A stretch of DNA of 55,613 nt, filler included, from Catajapyx aquilonaris (lineage: Eukaryota), in the NCBI GenBank assembly GCA_000934665.2. It is 2 parts of 2 records of this genome, joined end to end, with 100 filler letters (N's around TTAATTAATTAA, not from the genome) between each part and the next. Parts side by side here need not be neighbours in the genome. Positions count along the whole stretch, not along the records: positions 1 to 27,760 come from JYFJ02005003.1; 1 more part is not named here. The stretch is one strand, 5' to 3'. The notes under the pieces were generated by a model. That model was not told where the DNA came from. It ran no database searches and was given only the letters and a program-made list of their open reading frames with translations. Shown in pieces: positions 12,514 through 23,429 of this stretch (within the stretch, counting starts at the first letter, position 1; the number at the start of each line of letters is the position of its first letter). Both the position numbers and the translations under genes were made by a program.

Positions 12514-13456
12514 TTTATATATTTTTTAATTTTTTTTATTTTAACTACCCCGTATCAGGGCCAGAGGCCCTCTTGGGGGGACACAACTCCAAGTGAAACA
12601 TTACAGTGAACTTGCCATACAACCTTCATGTTCTGAACTCAATTTTCTTAACGACACATACCAAGAAATTATGAACATTGAACACCTGTGACTTTGTTAG
12701 GTAATCAAACATAAGGTGAAATTTGTCTGGAGGGAAGGATTGAATCTCAAACAGATATTGCTCTCTAGGAGTATTAAAAAACGGGCAGTTAAAAAAAATA
12801 TGGTGGGGGGAGAAAAATTCATTGCAATCACACCAAGAACAGTAGTTTTCGAAGTCAAACTGAAGCTTGCGCCCCTCTAAGTACAAATTTGTCGACCGAT
12901 GTCTTAAGTTTGACATCATTCGAGTACAACTAATAGGCGTCAGATAAGCTAGATAGTATGCCGGAGCAACAGAAGGCCGAATCTCTCGGTAATGGGTGTA
13001 TCTCTCGGAAACTTCTAGCGCTCGGGTACTCTCGTCTAACAGCTTACCCTAATATTTCTGTATCATATCAGCCTGAGACAAACCTAGATCGTTCAAATCC
13101 CCTCCGTTTAACGGTGCCAACAAAGTCTGAGCCTTAATGACCCAGTTTTTACAGATCGGTATTCGCTCAGCCTCCCTAGCAGCTGAGACAAAAGCCACCT
13201 TCAACAGTCTATCCTCTGGTAGATTTTGCAATTTTGTCACGAATTTACATACCAATTTTACGTAGGCCATAGATAGAGGAGGTTCACCTGTTTCCAAGTG
13301 CAGGAAATATTTTGCCGTGTTTCTGGGTAAATAAAGGAATTTCTCGATGAAAAAATTCTGCACCTGATCCATGACCATCGTCTGTGACAGGCCCCAGACC
13401 TGCGACCCGTAAAACAAAATCGGGACTATTTGAGCCTTAAATGGCCTATATATCAC
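12514..13456 (-). mobile_element. 5'-truncated non-LTR retrotransposon (ORF2 C-terminus plus 3' UTR; RTEX/L2-like)
   Basis: ORF fragments IVPILFYGSQVWG (post-RT motif) and CSWCDCNEFFSPHHIFFNCP (CCHC knuckle), a 3' stem-loop, an A-rich tail, and a probable TSD TATCACTAT at 12505 and ~13451-13467. Confidence 0.85.
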
Positions 13457-13715
13457 TATATCACTATACTCCGAAGAAAAATCAGGCTGACTTATTATAG
13501 CCTAATATTAAAACATTAAGCTTCACAGTAAGTGCAACACGCTCTATGGATGACTCTTTAGATAGCCTGACTATTGACTAACTTTTTTTAAAAAAATCAC
13601 ACGACCAATGAAGGAAAATTAGGTGACCATCCTTCATGACAAAAACAGAAAGACTTATAATGCAGGTTTTGGCCTCTTGCTTCCAGCCTGACAATGCTTG
13701 GTGCAATGAAACTTC

Positions 13716-16700
13716 TCATGGAGTTATGCTGCAAATTGCGCTGCAAGGTCCAACCGTTCCATAGACAGCAATGGCACTCACACGAAAGTTGTATGCGGTT
13801 TCTACATTGCACTGAAATATTAACAGTTGAGTAAATTAATTGATAAATAAAATTAAATGATTGCATTGAAAGGCAAAATAAATAAATAAACACTACCTTA
13901 AACAAGTACATTAGGGTAAGCAAGTACAGGGTGGGGAAAAAGTCATGGGCGGATTAAAACGACGCAGAATGGCGTAAGTAACGTATGACTATATATTTTT
14001 AAAAGTACACTACACAGAGAAAGATATGCCATTTATGGATCAAGGTCCAAAAAAGTCACTTCTTGGAAATAACACCAGATAGATGTGCACCTGGGCAACA
14101 CATTTTCCTCCAAACGCCGGACCAAACTCTTCATAACAACGTGCTCCAGCATGTCCAGGGAAATGTTTCTCATGGCGTGTCTTATCTGATCCTTAAGATC
14201 AGCCAATGACTGAGGACTTATGGCAAACACCGAACTCTTCAGGTACCCCCACAAAAAGAAGTCAGGGGTGGTCAAATCCAGATACCACGACTGCCAAGGA
14301 ATGTCCCCAAATTTCGAAATGACCCTCCCAGGAAACACTTGACTTTTAATTTGTTCGGTGTTCACCACACATCCTCAGTCATTGGCTGATCTTAAGGATC
14401 AGATAAGACACGCCGTGAGAAACAGTCCCCTGTACATGCTGGAGCTCATTATGAATGGTTTCGTCCGGCGTTTGGAGGAATATGTGTTGCCCACAAAGAT
14501 GGACATCTACCCGGTGTTGTTTTCAAGAAGTGACTTTTTTGGACCTTGATCCATAAATGGCATATCTTTCTCTCTGTAGGGTAAATTTTTTTAAATATAA
14601 CTGTTCGTTACTTACGCCACGCTGCATCGTTTTAATCCGCCCATGACTTTTGCCCCACCCTGTATATGGCCAGAATTCACCTTCACCTGAATCCTCTCAC
14701 TATTCATACGATTTTTATTACCTTATCAACAAACTAAAGAAAAGAGTTAACATTAATGAGAGCTACTTTTTTGATTAGTTCCAGTGAGTTGTGAAAGAAA
14801 AACTAGAGTGATTTTAAAATGTTTTCATACTTACAAAAGTTAGATACATTCTTATTTATATTCTCCATGTAATCGTATTCCTAATTGGGCACTTGTCATA
14901 CTGTCGCACCAGCTTTTGTATGCCTTTCCCTTACATGATTGCTGCTTGGATACTGCTCCAGCTCATCACACATTTCAAGTCTTCATTGTTCTCGAACCAC
15001 TACCTACCCAACCACACTTTTCTCTGACTGTCACAATGTCAAAAAGAGCTGACAGCGAAATATTTAAGGAAGATCAGCAGACAGGTCGGAAATTGTGAAT
15101 CGGTGGTGCTCTCGAAACACTTTGTCAACTTGTTCAACATCATTAGTCATCAGAGACTTTTCCCCCTGATGTTCCTCGTCATGGGTGTCAATTCATCCTT
15201 CTTGAAAATTCCTACACCATTTCGAAACCGCACTATCACCCATGCACTTCGTGGCTGAAAGTGTGGTTGGGTGGGAAGCGGTTCAAGAATAACGAAGAGC
15301 TGAAAAAATGTGTGATAGGTTGGCTAGGTACCCAGGCAGCAACCTTCTATGGGGGAGGCATATAAAAGCTGGTGCTGCGTTATGACAAGTGCCTCAATTG
15401 CGGAGGCAACTGCGTGGAGAGGTAGCATAGCATTGTGATTATTTAAAAATATTTTCACGTTGAGATGTACAGGATAATGCGACTAGCCAAACTGACTCAT
15501 TAGGACTGTGTGCAGATACACCTACAAGAGCGACTCTCTGCTTCCCAAGGTAGCCGAGTAATCAGAGAATTCCAGGATATTTTTGACCATATGGGTACAT
15601 GCTTCTCAAAACCTAAGTTGAAATACTCTGCAAGTACTTGCACACTGACAGCTAGGTGACAACGAAGCTACGATTTGGTTAGAAATGCACATAATGGCTT
15701 AATGTTCAAAATTTTCATTGCTATTGGAAATATGGTTTTGTCATGCTCTCAAATGATTTAGGGCACACTCTTGGGAACATGTTTGGAAAGGGGATCGTCG
15801 GGGTATCCATGGAATGTAACTCGGCTCCACAATGATGCAAAAAGGCAGGAATGCCATTGAAGGATCATTAATTCACGATGCTCCCATGACTGTGCCCATA
15901 GCTTGTAAACCTTCTGAACTAACGCTCACCTGAGTTAGAGTGATGCACATTGGAAGTGCCTTTGCTACGTAGGCTCCAAGAGTTGCCCAGGGAAATGATT
16001 TCTTTGAGGTTTTTTTCAGTTGAGCTTTGACCTCATAAAGGCATATTTCCGCAGGGTCCGTGTCTTGAGGCATATCCACCCGCAGGCAAATGGCTGCAAT
16101 GAATAGCCTTTATGTAAATTTAGGGTTTCTCGGTGTCTATAAGAGTTCACACCTTACCACCATCTTCCTTGAAGGCTTCCACTGTAGGCTTTGGTGGGAC
16201 GGATGCTGCACTAGTAGTCCCCTCCAGGTTGGGCAGTTTTAGTGGTTGGGCTAATGAGGCCGGGTCACCCTGCGGAACATGTCAAATTTTTTGTCCTAGT
16301 TGGTTTGGTTTGGTTTATTCGGAAGAAGTCAAAGCAACTATGGCTATCTGGCTATAAGAAGCAGGAAAGGTGGGACAGATGGAGAGAGAAACAAAGAGGA
16401 AAAAGAAGAGAGGAAAGACTGGTATCTCTCTTAGTCTGTCTCCTATCCCAAAAGACCTGTCCGGCTTGGGTGGCCCTGCCAGTAGACGAAGCTACCGCCG
16501 GCATAGCTCTTGGGGTCATGGGAGAAACGCAAACCCCACCACCACGATTTTTTATTTATATAATAATTATAACAAGTAATATATTATAATAATATTTTTA
16601 AATTTTTGTCCTAGTCATGTAGTGTAGTTAATAACAGTTGTGATTTACCATATTACCTGACAAATAGCACCATGCCAGTCATTGTAATAATCAGGGTACC

Positions 16701-16847
16701 GGTACTTACGGAGGGCTCTTCCTTTTTCTGTCCGAAGCCATGTGTTCTCCCAACACAGAAACCGGGAAAGGCAAGTGCCAAATGCGTGGATAATGTGGTT
16801 GTCGTTGCAGCAGTTGACGAAACAGGCTCTTCAGCCATAGGTTCCAT
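13716..16847 (-). CDS. Stand-alone ATF7IP/MCAF/Windei-type C-terminal FN3-domain protein, ~169 aa
   Basis: Exons 16847-16710, 16269-16158, 16093-15930 and 13811-13716 (510 nt), all GT-AG and phase-compatible, no internal stop. Translation ...VPPKPTVEAFKEDGAICLRVDM...LYEVKAQ...PWATLGAYVAKALPMCITLTQCNVETAYNFRVSAIAVYGTVGPCSAICSITP* aligns by eye to the ATF7IP FN3 (PQKP...[20 protein letters not shown]...YYFAVRAKDIYGRFGPF). Confidence 0.8.
13927..14662. mobile_element. Fold-back maT/DD37D-type element built from two inverted copies of the transposon 3' end
   Basis: TA-CAGGGTGGGG ... CCCCACCCTG-TA with ~300-bp inverted arms, both encoding PQSLADLKDQIRHA... The centre carries DLTTPDFFLWGYLK on the minus strand. 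Confidence 0.88.
14860..15426. mobile_element. Rearranged mariner remnant with an inverted duplication of the transposase C-terminus
   Basis: Plus 15255-15425 encodes LKVWLGGKRFKNNEELK...KLVLRYDKCLNCGGNCVER*. Minus ~15245-14860 encodes an HTH-region remnant (SAVSKWCRNFQEG...RFTISDLS) joined to a second copy of the same C-terminus. Confidence 0.75.
16430..16547 (-). mobile_element. RTE/BovB-like retrotransposon 5'-region fragment in intron 1 of the FN3 gene
   Basis: Minus strand TCGTGGTGGTGGGGTTTGCG...AGCTATGCCGGCGG...CAGGGCCACCCAAGCCGGACAGGTC resembles the conserved 5' leader of RTE-clade LINEs (recalled consensus). Confidence 0.55.
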
Positions 16848-17562
16848 TTCAGCAGTTGTTACAATTGCTTAACCCCAATGTGCTGCAATTATCACCTGGA
16901 AAAAAAAAAACGCTACAGGTACTCAAGATTCCCTAATAAAGTTCCCAATAAAGCATCACCTCTGATCTTATCAAGTGGGAAACATCAGCAACACAACTTG
17001 AACCAAGACTTGAACGTTCCATATTCAAATAGGGACTGGTTCTCTTACTAAACTTTAGAGGGCAGGGCAGTTTCACCGGGCTGATTGACACTTACAGTTA
17101 GTAGCTACATGCAGATTATTAGCTCTGACGTGTGCTCCCAACATGCCATTCGAAATACACATTGTGATTGTTAGCTGCTTAATGAAATAGCTGTTGAGAA
17201 ATGACCGTTAATTGAGCGGGATTATTTTACGGCGTGGTGTTGCATCCTGATGGTTGTGAGGTGGCGAATTGACGTCATATGTGCAAATTGGACTGTTTTA
17301 TGCAATAATAAGTCAACCCACATGGGAACAGTTTTGAGAAAAAGGGCTTTGAAGGTCATACCGGTACAGTCTGAGAAATTAATTCAGTATTCTTTTAGGT
17401 AATTTATGGCAGAATTATGCAGATTTTACTAGCGGGATTTTAATCCTTAAGTGGTATCATGGATCTGAGCAACATAACTGGTATCGTGGTGTCTTTTTTG
17501 ACCCCAGGTGGTATATTAATTATAATTTACCTCCAATTCATGTGTGTAAATTTTGAATGCCA

Positions 17563-18606
17563 TCTATACCTATAAATAAGGTTGTTTGTTTGTTTGTTTG
17601 TTTGCTATAGAAATCAAGGGGAAGGCCCCTACACCGCCTTAAACTAGCTTACTGGGGGGCGACACGGTGGCCGAGCGGTTAGCGCCACAGCCTTCCACCT
17701 CTAAGGTCCCGAGTTCGATCCCCGGGTCGGACGGAGGATACTTATGTGGATAGAGTTTCGATGAGTTCTCTCCGTGTTCGCGTGGGTTTTCTCGGGGATC
17801 TCCCGTTTCCTCCCACTATCAAAATCCATCACATTACAGGCAAATGATTAAAATCGGTTATTCAAAAGATGATCCCCTAAGAGGCCTATCACGGGGTATC
17901 CATTATTATTATTATTATATATTAAAAACTAGCTTACTGGGGGTTACTTTTTACGAGGAATGTCATGACGCATGCTTCTGCTCCCGAAAATGAGCGTAAC
18001 TGCCACGACACTCTATACGTCTCTCCTTGAACCACCATCTACAACAATATAAACAATATATTTCCAGATATGCATTCTCAGCGATATCGGGTATCCGCTT
18101 TCTACGTACATTTCTCCATCAAATGTCTCTCCAAAGAAGCGTTACACATTTGGACAATCTCCTGGTGCCAAACGCCAATGAATTAAAAAGCAGGATGAAA
18201 CAGGCAGTCAACGCCAGTCCCGTGTAGAACTTAAAGCAACCAGACACAATAATATTGAAGGGTATGGTGCAAGAAGGGGATATGTCAATTTTTGATCTTC
18301 ATTCATTTAATGGGCAGACTCTATAGATAAAAAAAGAATGGGAATCATTGCCCTGTGCAGGGTGACACCCTTCTGCCCTTCACAGGTATAATGACATACT
18401 TTGGCTTAAGGCTATTGTTTTCAATTAGCCAATGACCAATACAATACACAGCCAATACACAATGACCAGTTTTAAGGCATACATGTATCGAGTGTATATG
18501 GAATAGGAATTTTATTCATAAATAAACTTCCTAAAAATAATGCAGATATGGATACCCCGACCACTACCACCACCACATACCCGGGCAACGCAGGGTAACC
18601 TGCTAG
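17563..18606 (+). mobile_element. Non-autonomous Helitron-like element
   Basis: 5' A^TCTATACCTATAAATAAG followed by (GTTT)n; 3' hairpin CCCGGGCAACGCAGGG then CTAG^T; AT target site with no TSD. Confidence 0.72.
17654..17923 (+). mobile_element. tRNA-derived SINE with a V-domain-like core (family C), inserted in the Helitron
   Basis: A box TGGCCGAGCGG, B box AGTTCGATCCC, core GTTCTCTCCGTGTTCGCGTGGGTTTTCTCGGGGATCTCCCGTTTCCTCCCAC, (ATT)n tail, TSD AAACTAGCTTACT. Confidence 0.85.
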
Positions 18607-18763
18607 TTAAAAATAAGTTCACATAAATCTAATGTGTAAATAATAATACAGACTGATAAAAAACGTGATTGAGTATTTAGAGCTGTGCAAACACAATTCA
18701 ATGTGTATAATTATTAAGCTCAGCAACAGCCTGCAGCGTTACAAATTCCTAAATACACCTACT

Positions 18764-18994
18764 TTATTATTGATATTAAGGAGGTTGGCCCAGCATTGCC
18801 TTTCAACCTCCAAGGATAGGGAAGGAAGGAAGCGGCTGTGGCCTATTATATGGAAACAACCCCGGAATTATCCTAGGAGAAGACCGTGGGAAACCACAGA
18901 AAACCACGGTCAGTGTTGCCGGCCCCGGGATTCGAACCCAGGACCTCCCGATTAGCTGGCGGACGCCCTATCCACTATGCCAACCTGCTTCGGT
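18764..18994 (-). mobile_element. tRNA-derived SINE (family D) with an alternative 3' tail
   Basis: Minus strand ACCGAAGCAGGTTGGCATAGTGG...GGTTCGAATCCC...GGCCACAGCCGCTTCCTT; 15-bp TSD CTAAATACACCTACT. Confidence 0.88.
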
Positions 18995-20285
18995 CTAAAT
19001 ACACCTACTATGTAGAAGATCGCGAATGAGGAACATATGCTCTCTACATAAAATTATCTGCAATTCATATTTTAGAAAGTATAGATAAAAGTATAAGTTT
19101 CTTAGGCCCACCTAATGACCTAATGTACCGTACTCTACAACAGATGCACCTCACCTTGAATAACAGGAAGTTCGAGTAGAGCTGCCTGGAGATCCAGATG
19201 CAACGTGCAGTCATGCATATGTGCACACATATGTGTATTCAACCACCAGCAACAGCATCGGATTTCAAATCTCGATATAACAAAGCATTCTTCCTGAATA
19301 ATATCGATACTACGATAATAGATCGGGTTTTTCAACTGAACAACCGGTAGCCGCCAGGGGCGCGGGGGTTCGGGGACGCCGAGGAGGAGGAAGAGAGGGA
19401 TTTCAGGGAAAGAAAAGCGAACGGTTCTGGGCGGGTTCTAGGCTTGTGTAGGGCTGTTCGGTCCAATGTAATATTATTTCCCGCACGTGGTCTGATGTCT
19501 GGAGTGTAAACACATCGGAAGTACTGTGGTGAATCATCTGCGGCTACTACTATTGATCTGGTAAGGGCGTGTGTGATGGTGGGTAGATTAACCGGCTTGG
19601 CCATTGTTCCGGATGTGGGGAGTAGGGTAGCATGCTGCAAAAATTGACAAGCAAAGCTGGTGGTGACTCGACTTCGTGGTGCGGTAGGTGCGGGTAGGTG
19701 GGCCCGGGTGTGCATAGGCGTTCACTGGTACGGTATTAGAATGGGTACTACATTTAACAGACAACAAGGGGCGAAGGCAGAAACTCGGGCATACAGGGTT
19801 GCATGGCTGTGCCTGAAATTTGAATGTAAATGCAAGTTAAAATGATGCAATAGGGTTGAAGCTGTTTGAGAATCTGTATGCTAGATTTTTCAAGTAAAGC
19901 TGGTTATCCACCAGAGTTTTCTCTTGTCCGAGAAGCCAACTGCACATGCCAGTAAGAAAAAAAGTAGACAATTTTCAACTTTAATCCCCTCTCCAAGGGG
20001 CCCTGAGGCAACATAGAGTCTGTCTCGACGGACAAGTTTTCTTGAGCAAGAGGACTCTGGCACGAGAAACTTTTATGTGATAGTTTGCAAGCCACCCTCT
20101 CGCCAGCCAACATGGCTGACTGGGGTGAGGTCATGGATGAACTGGTGAAGGCCCATTTCCAAAGGGATCTTATAATGCAGGACAGGCGAAATGCTTTTAG
20201 GGTTGTCCAACACCTAAACATGCCGTGTTTTTGTTATGTGAGGGGCTCGGAGAATTGCTGCAGCCAAATAGCACATTGTACTTAA

Positions 20286-20927
20286 GGCCGAGCACAAATC
20301 ATGCAATGAAGGTGCGACGTTGCCCCGATTTGTTGCATCGAGACAGGATGCGCGCGCAGCTTTCGGATGACAATACGTCACATTGCACACCCTACGTAAA
20401 TCATGCAAATTTGATGCGATCTTAGGCGCGGAATTGTAGTACAGTATTCCATAATTTTAGGGAAGTAATACCGCTCACAGTTCATGAATGAGGTCATTCT
20501 TGATCACTATGTACTATCCACACTCCATGGGCCACCGGTACTGGTACGACGTAACACATACTTTGGTACAGTGTAGCCTAGTATTTACTCATTGCCAGCA
20601 AGTCACAACATTAGCAGCCTCCTACTCTCGTGGGGCCCCCGGGAAACTGGGCAGCATGCTCATCAGTTAAGACGGCCCTCCTTCCAACACACTGTATCGA
20701 AGATTCAACGAGATTCACTCTGACCTGGGCGGCGCCAGCTTGGAAATTGCCTCCGATTGGCCGGGAGGGGGGGGGGGGNNNNNAGAGAGGGGGGGGGGGG
20801 GAGAGAGAGAGAGAGTTTTCAAGCAGTGCTGGAAACCTGAAACACCCCTGCGACCTCGGAGGAAAGCGGCGCACGCACCCTGTGCCTGCAACAAGTCGCT
20901 GCAACTTCGCATGATTTGCGCTCGGCC
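20286..20927. mobile_element. PIF/Harbinger-like MITE
   Basis: TIR GGCCGAGCACAAATCATGC / GCATGATTTGCGCTCGGCC with TAA on both flanks. Confidence 0.7.
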
Positions 20928-21127
20928 TAAGGCACTGGCCAACTCCACGATAATTGAGAAAATTTTGATAGGAAAAAATTAATCAAAATTTGACTGAGCC
21001 TAACAGATAGCCTTGAGATTTGACGGAACTGGGAGTTTCGGCAAGCTATGGCCAACAATAAAACTACGAGCATGCAGTGTTGCAGTTGGACTGAAGGGTA
21101 CATGTATCATAATTAACACATGTGGTA

Positions 21128-21858
21128 CAGGGTGTCCCACTACCTCCTGAACCGGGAAAATGGCGCACAACTGGTAAACCACTTGATGTAGGGCTATGAA
21201 ATTTTACGGGTACATACCTTGGTCTGTGAAAGTAACATATTGTCATAGAAGATGCTGAAAGTGGCCCCCATTTGCATCCAAGCAGGTCTGAACGCAACGC
21301 TCCATGTTCGCGAAAGTGCAGGCCAACATCTCGGGAGTTATCCCCTCAATTGCGGAATGGATATTTTCCTGCAGTGCTGGGATAGTTCTTGGTTTGTTTT
21401 TGTAGACCTGTCCTTTTAGGTAACCCCACAGGAAATAATCGGGTGATCGTGGTGGCCAAATCCCCTTGGAAATGACTCGGCCTGATGGGAAGAAGGAATT
21501 GATGACGGCCATGCTGACCCTCGATGTGTGGCATGTTGCTCTGTCCTGCTGAATGTAGCCCAATGTGAGTTCTTCATCGTCCAACTGCTGCACGAAAGCG
21601 TAGAAAATCTGGAGGTACACGCGGATGTCACTGTTGAATTGAAGAATACGGGTCCAACAATGCGACGTCGTGAAATCCCACACCACACGCTAACTTTCTC
21701 AGAATGGAGCGGTTCCTCGTGTATCACGTGGGGATTTTCGCTGCAGCCGGTTTTTCTCATGGATCAAGCTATGTCCCCGTAAAATTTCATCGGCCTACAT
21801 GAAGTGGTTTACCAGTTATGCGCCATTTTGCCGGTCTGGGAAGTAGTGGGACACCCTG
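21128..21858 (-). mobile_element. Internally deleted maT/DD37D-type Tc1/mariner element
   Basis: ~80-bp TIRs (TA-CAGGGTGTCCCACTAC ... GTAGTGGGACACCCTG-TA). Frameshifted transposase fragments ENPH...KVSVWCGIS...GPVFF, QQDRATCH, WPPRSPD, FLWGYLK and NGGHFQHLL. Confidence 0.9.
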
Positions 21859-22196
21859 TACTATGGCCGCCAAATGTATTGGCCGGATGTGATGGGTATA
21901 TACCGCCGCCCATCGGCAGCCGGCAGAAACTGACGTGCTGTGATGATCCCTGCCGCTATTAGAGGCCTATTAGAGGGAGCTGAGAGTGGGGGGGATGGGG
22001 AGAGCATGCGAAGGAGGGAGACCAGATCAGGGGGGGGGGGAGTCGCATGTGTCCGGATGGTTCAATGGGAAAGAGAGACAGATTATATGGGCTTTGTCAG
22101 CTAATAAGCGCAAGGTCATGGGCATTTTTCAGACTCTGAATTTGTGTAATATTATGATTTCACACAATTATTTGTGATGTGCATTGGCCGAGCTGC

Positions 22197-22335
22197 AAAT
22201 ATTGCACTATAAGCTGCTACTTTGTAAGCAGTGACTTGTAATCGGTTTGTCGGAGGAATGGGGAATATTCCCTGCGAATCTTAGGATGAAGTGGCATACA
22301 CTGCTAACAAAGTAGCAGCTTATAGTGCAATATTT
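22197..22335. repeat. Short inverted repeat or MITE remnant
   Basis: AAATATTGCACTATAAGCTGCTACTTTGT ... ACAAAGTAGCAGCTTATAGTGCAATATTT. Confidence 0.75.
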
Positions 22336-22686
22336 CCGGTAACTGTTCGGACACAAAAAAGTTGAAACACCTGCTTTAAAAAATTATCCTGAAATAATCG
22401 CACTGGATATGTAGCCAAAAAGAAATAATTTTCAACCTCGCTGGAAACCACGATAATGTGTTTACTTACCTTCAAAACCTCTCGGGCCAGTAATATTGGA
22501 GTTTGTTCATAACCAACACATCAAGTAATACAATAATGCGCATTTGTGTTGGAGTGGTTCGGAAGTCATTGCTGGAAGTGAAAAACTAGCGAACGGCGGA
22601 GACAATTGTTTCTTTCAACAATGATGTCCAAGAAGCCAAACGAGAACAAGGACCCACATTGTATTAATGTATTGTGAATACCTACA

Positions 22687-23064
22687 TAGGGTGTCTCTAA
22701 CTAGTCCAGCCAACGGCCGTCAGCGTATTCCTTGGGCCAAAACAAGTCTCAAATGTAGGGGGGGAGAAATGTTGAGGACCTACCATTAACAAGGTAGACG
22801 ACCAGAAACATTGGCCGGTGGTTGTCGAAGTTGTAGGATATGAGCGGTGATAATCGCTTCTGTCAAAGAGGTGACCTTGCAAATCTCAACAGTCGCAATG
22901 ATCACACTCATATCCTGCTCCGATAACCATTGACCAATGTTTCTGGTCAAGGTCATTTTAACAGTTGCTCCCTCGACATTTCTCCCCCCCCCANACATTT
23001 TCGACTTCTTTTGGCTTATGTAATACGCTGATGGCCGTTGGCTGGACTAGTAACAAACACCCTG
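22687..23064. mobile_element. Tc1/mariner-type MITE upstream of the PWWP gene
   Basis: Imperfect TIRs AGGGTGT..ACTAGTCCAGCCAACGGCC / GGCCGTTGGCTGGACTAGT..ACACCCTG-TA. Confidence 0.75.
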
Positions 23065-23429
23065 TATATCATTGGAGATTTTCCCTAATTTGTCTTAATA
23101 CAACCAGCCCTATGTCAGTTTAACGAACAATGTGTGATTAATAAAATAGGATAAATAATACTCTTGTTACTAAAGTCAAAATTCTTGCACTTTACTGTTG
23201 CTGCTAAGAGAGGGAAATGTTGGATGGATTGGGATAGTTTGTACCATGTGATATTTTGCTTTAAAGTTCATTGAAAGAAAGTATGGTTGATATAACATTA
23301 TTTTTAATGTAAGTTTTGTTATGCATGTGTATTTGCCATCAAGCCTACATGTTCCATACCTTTGTAGTATAAGATGCGTAACTTTGCATCGTTTAAAGAA
23401 ATATTCTTTACTTATTTGCAGCAACAAGC

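Noticed and set aside
20658..20668. Hammerhead ribozyme core (CTGATGAG on the minus strand; also plus-strand CTGATGA at ~9679 and ~11154)
   Set aside because: No correctly placed stem II followed by GAAA could be found by eye.
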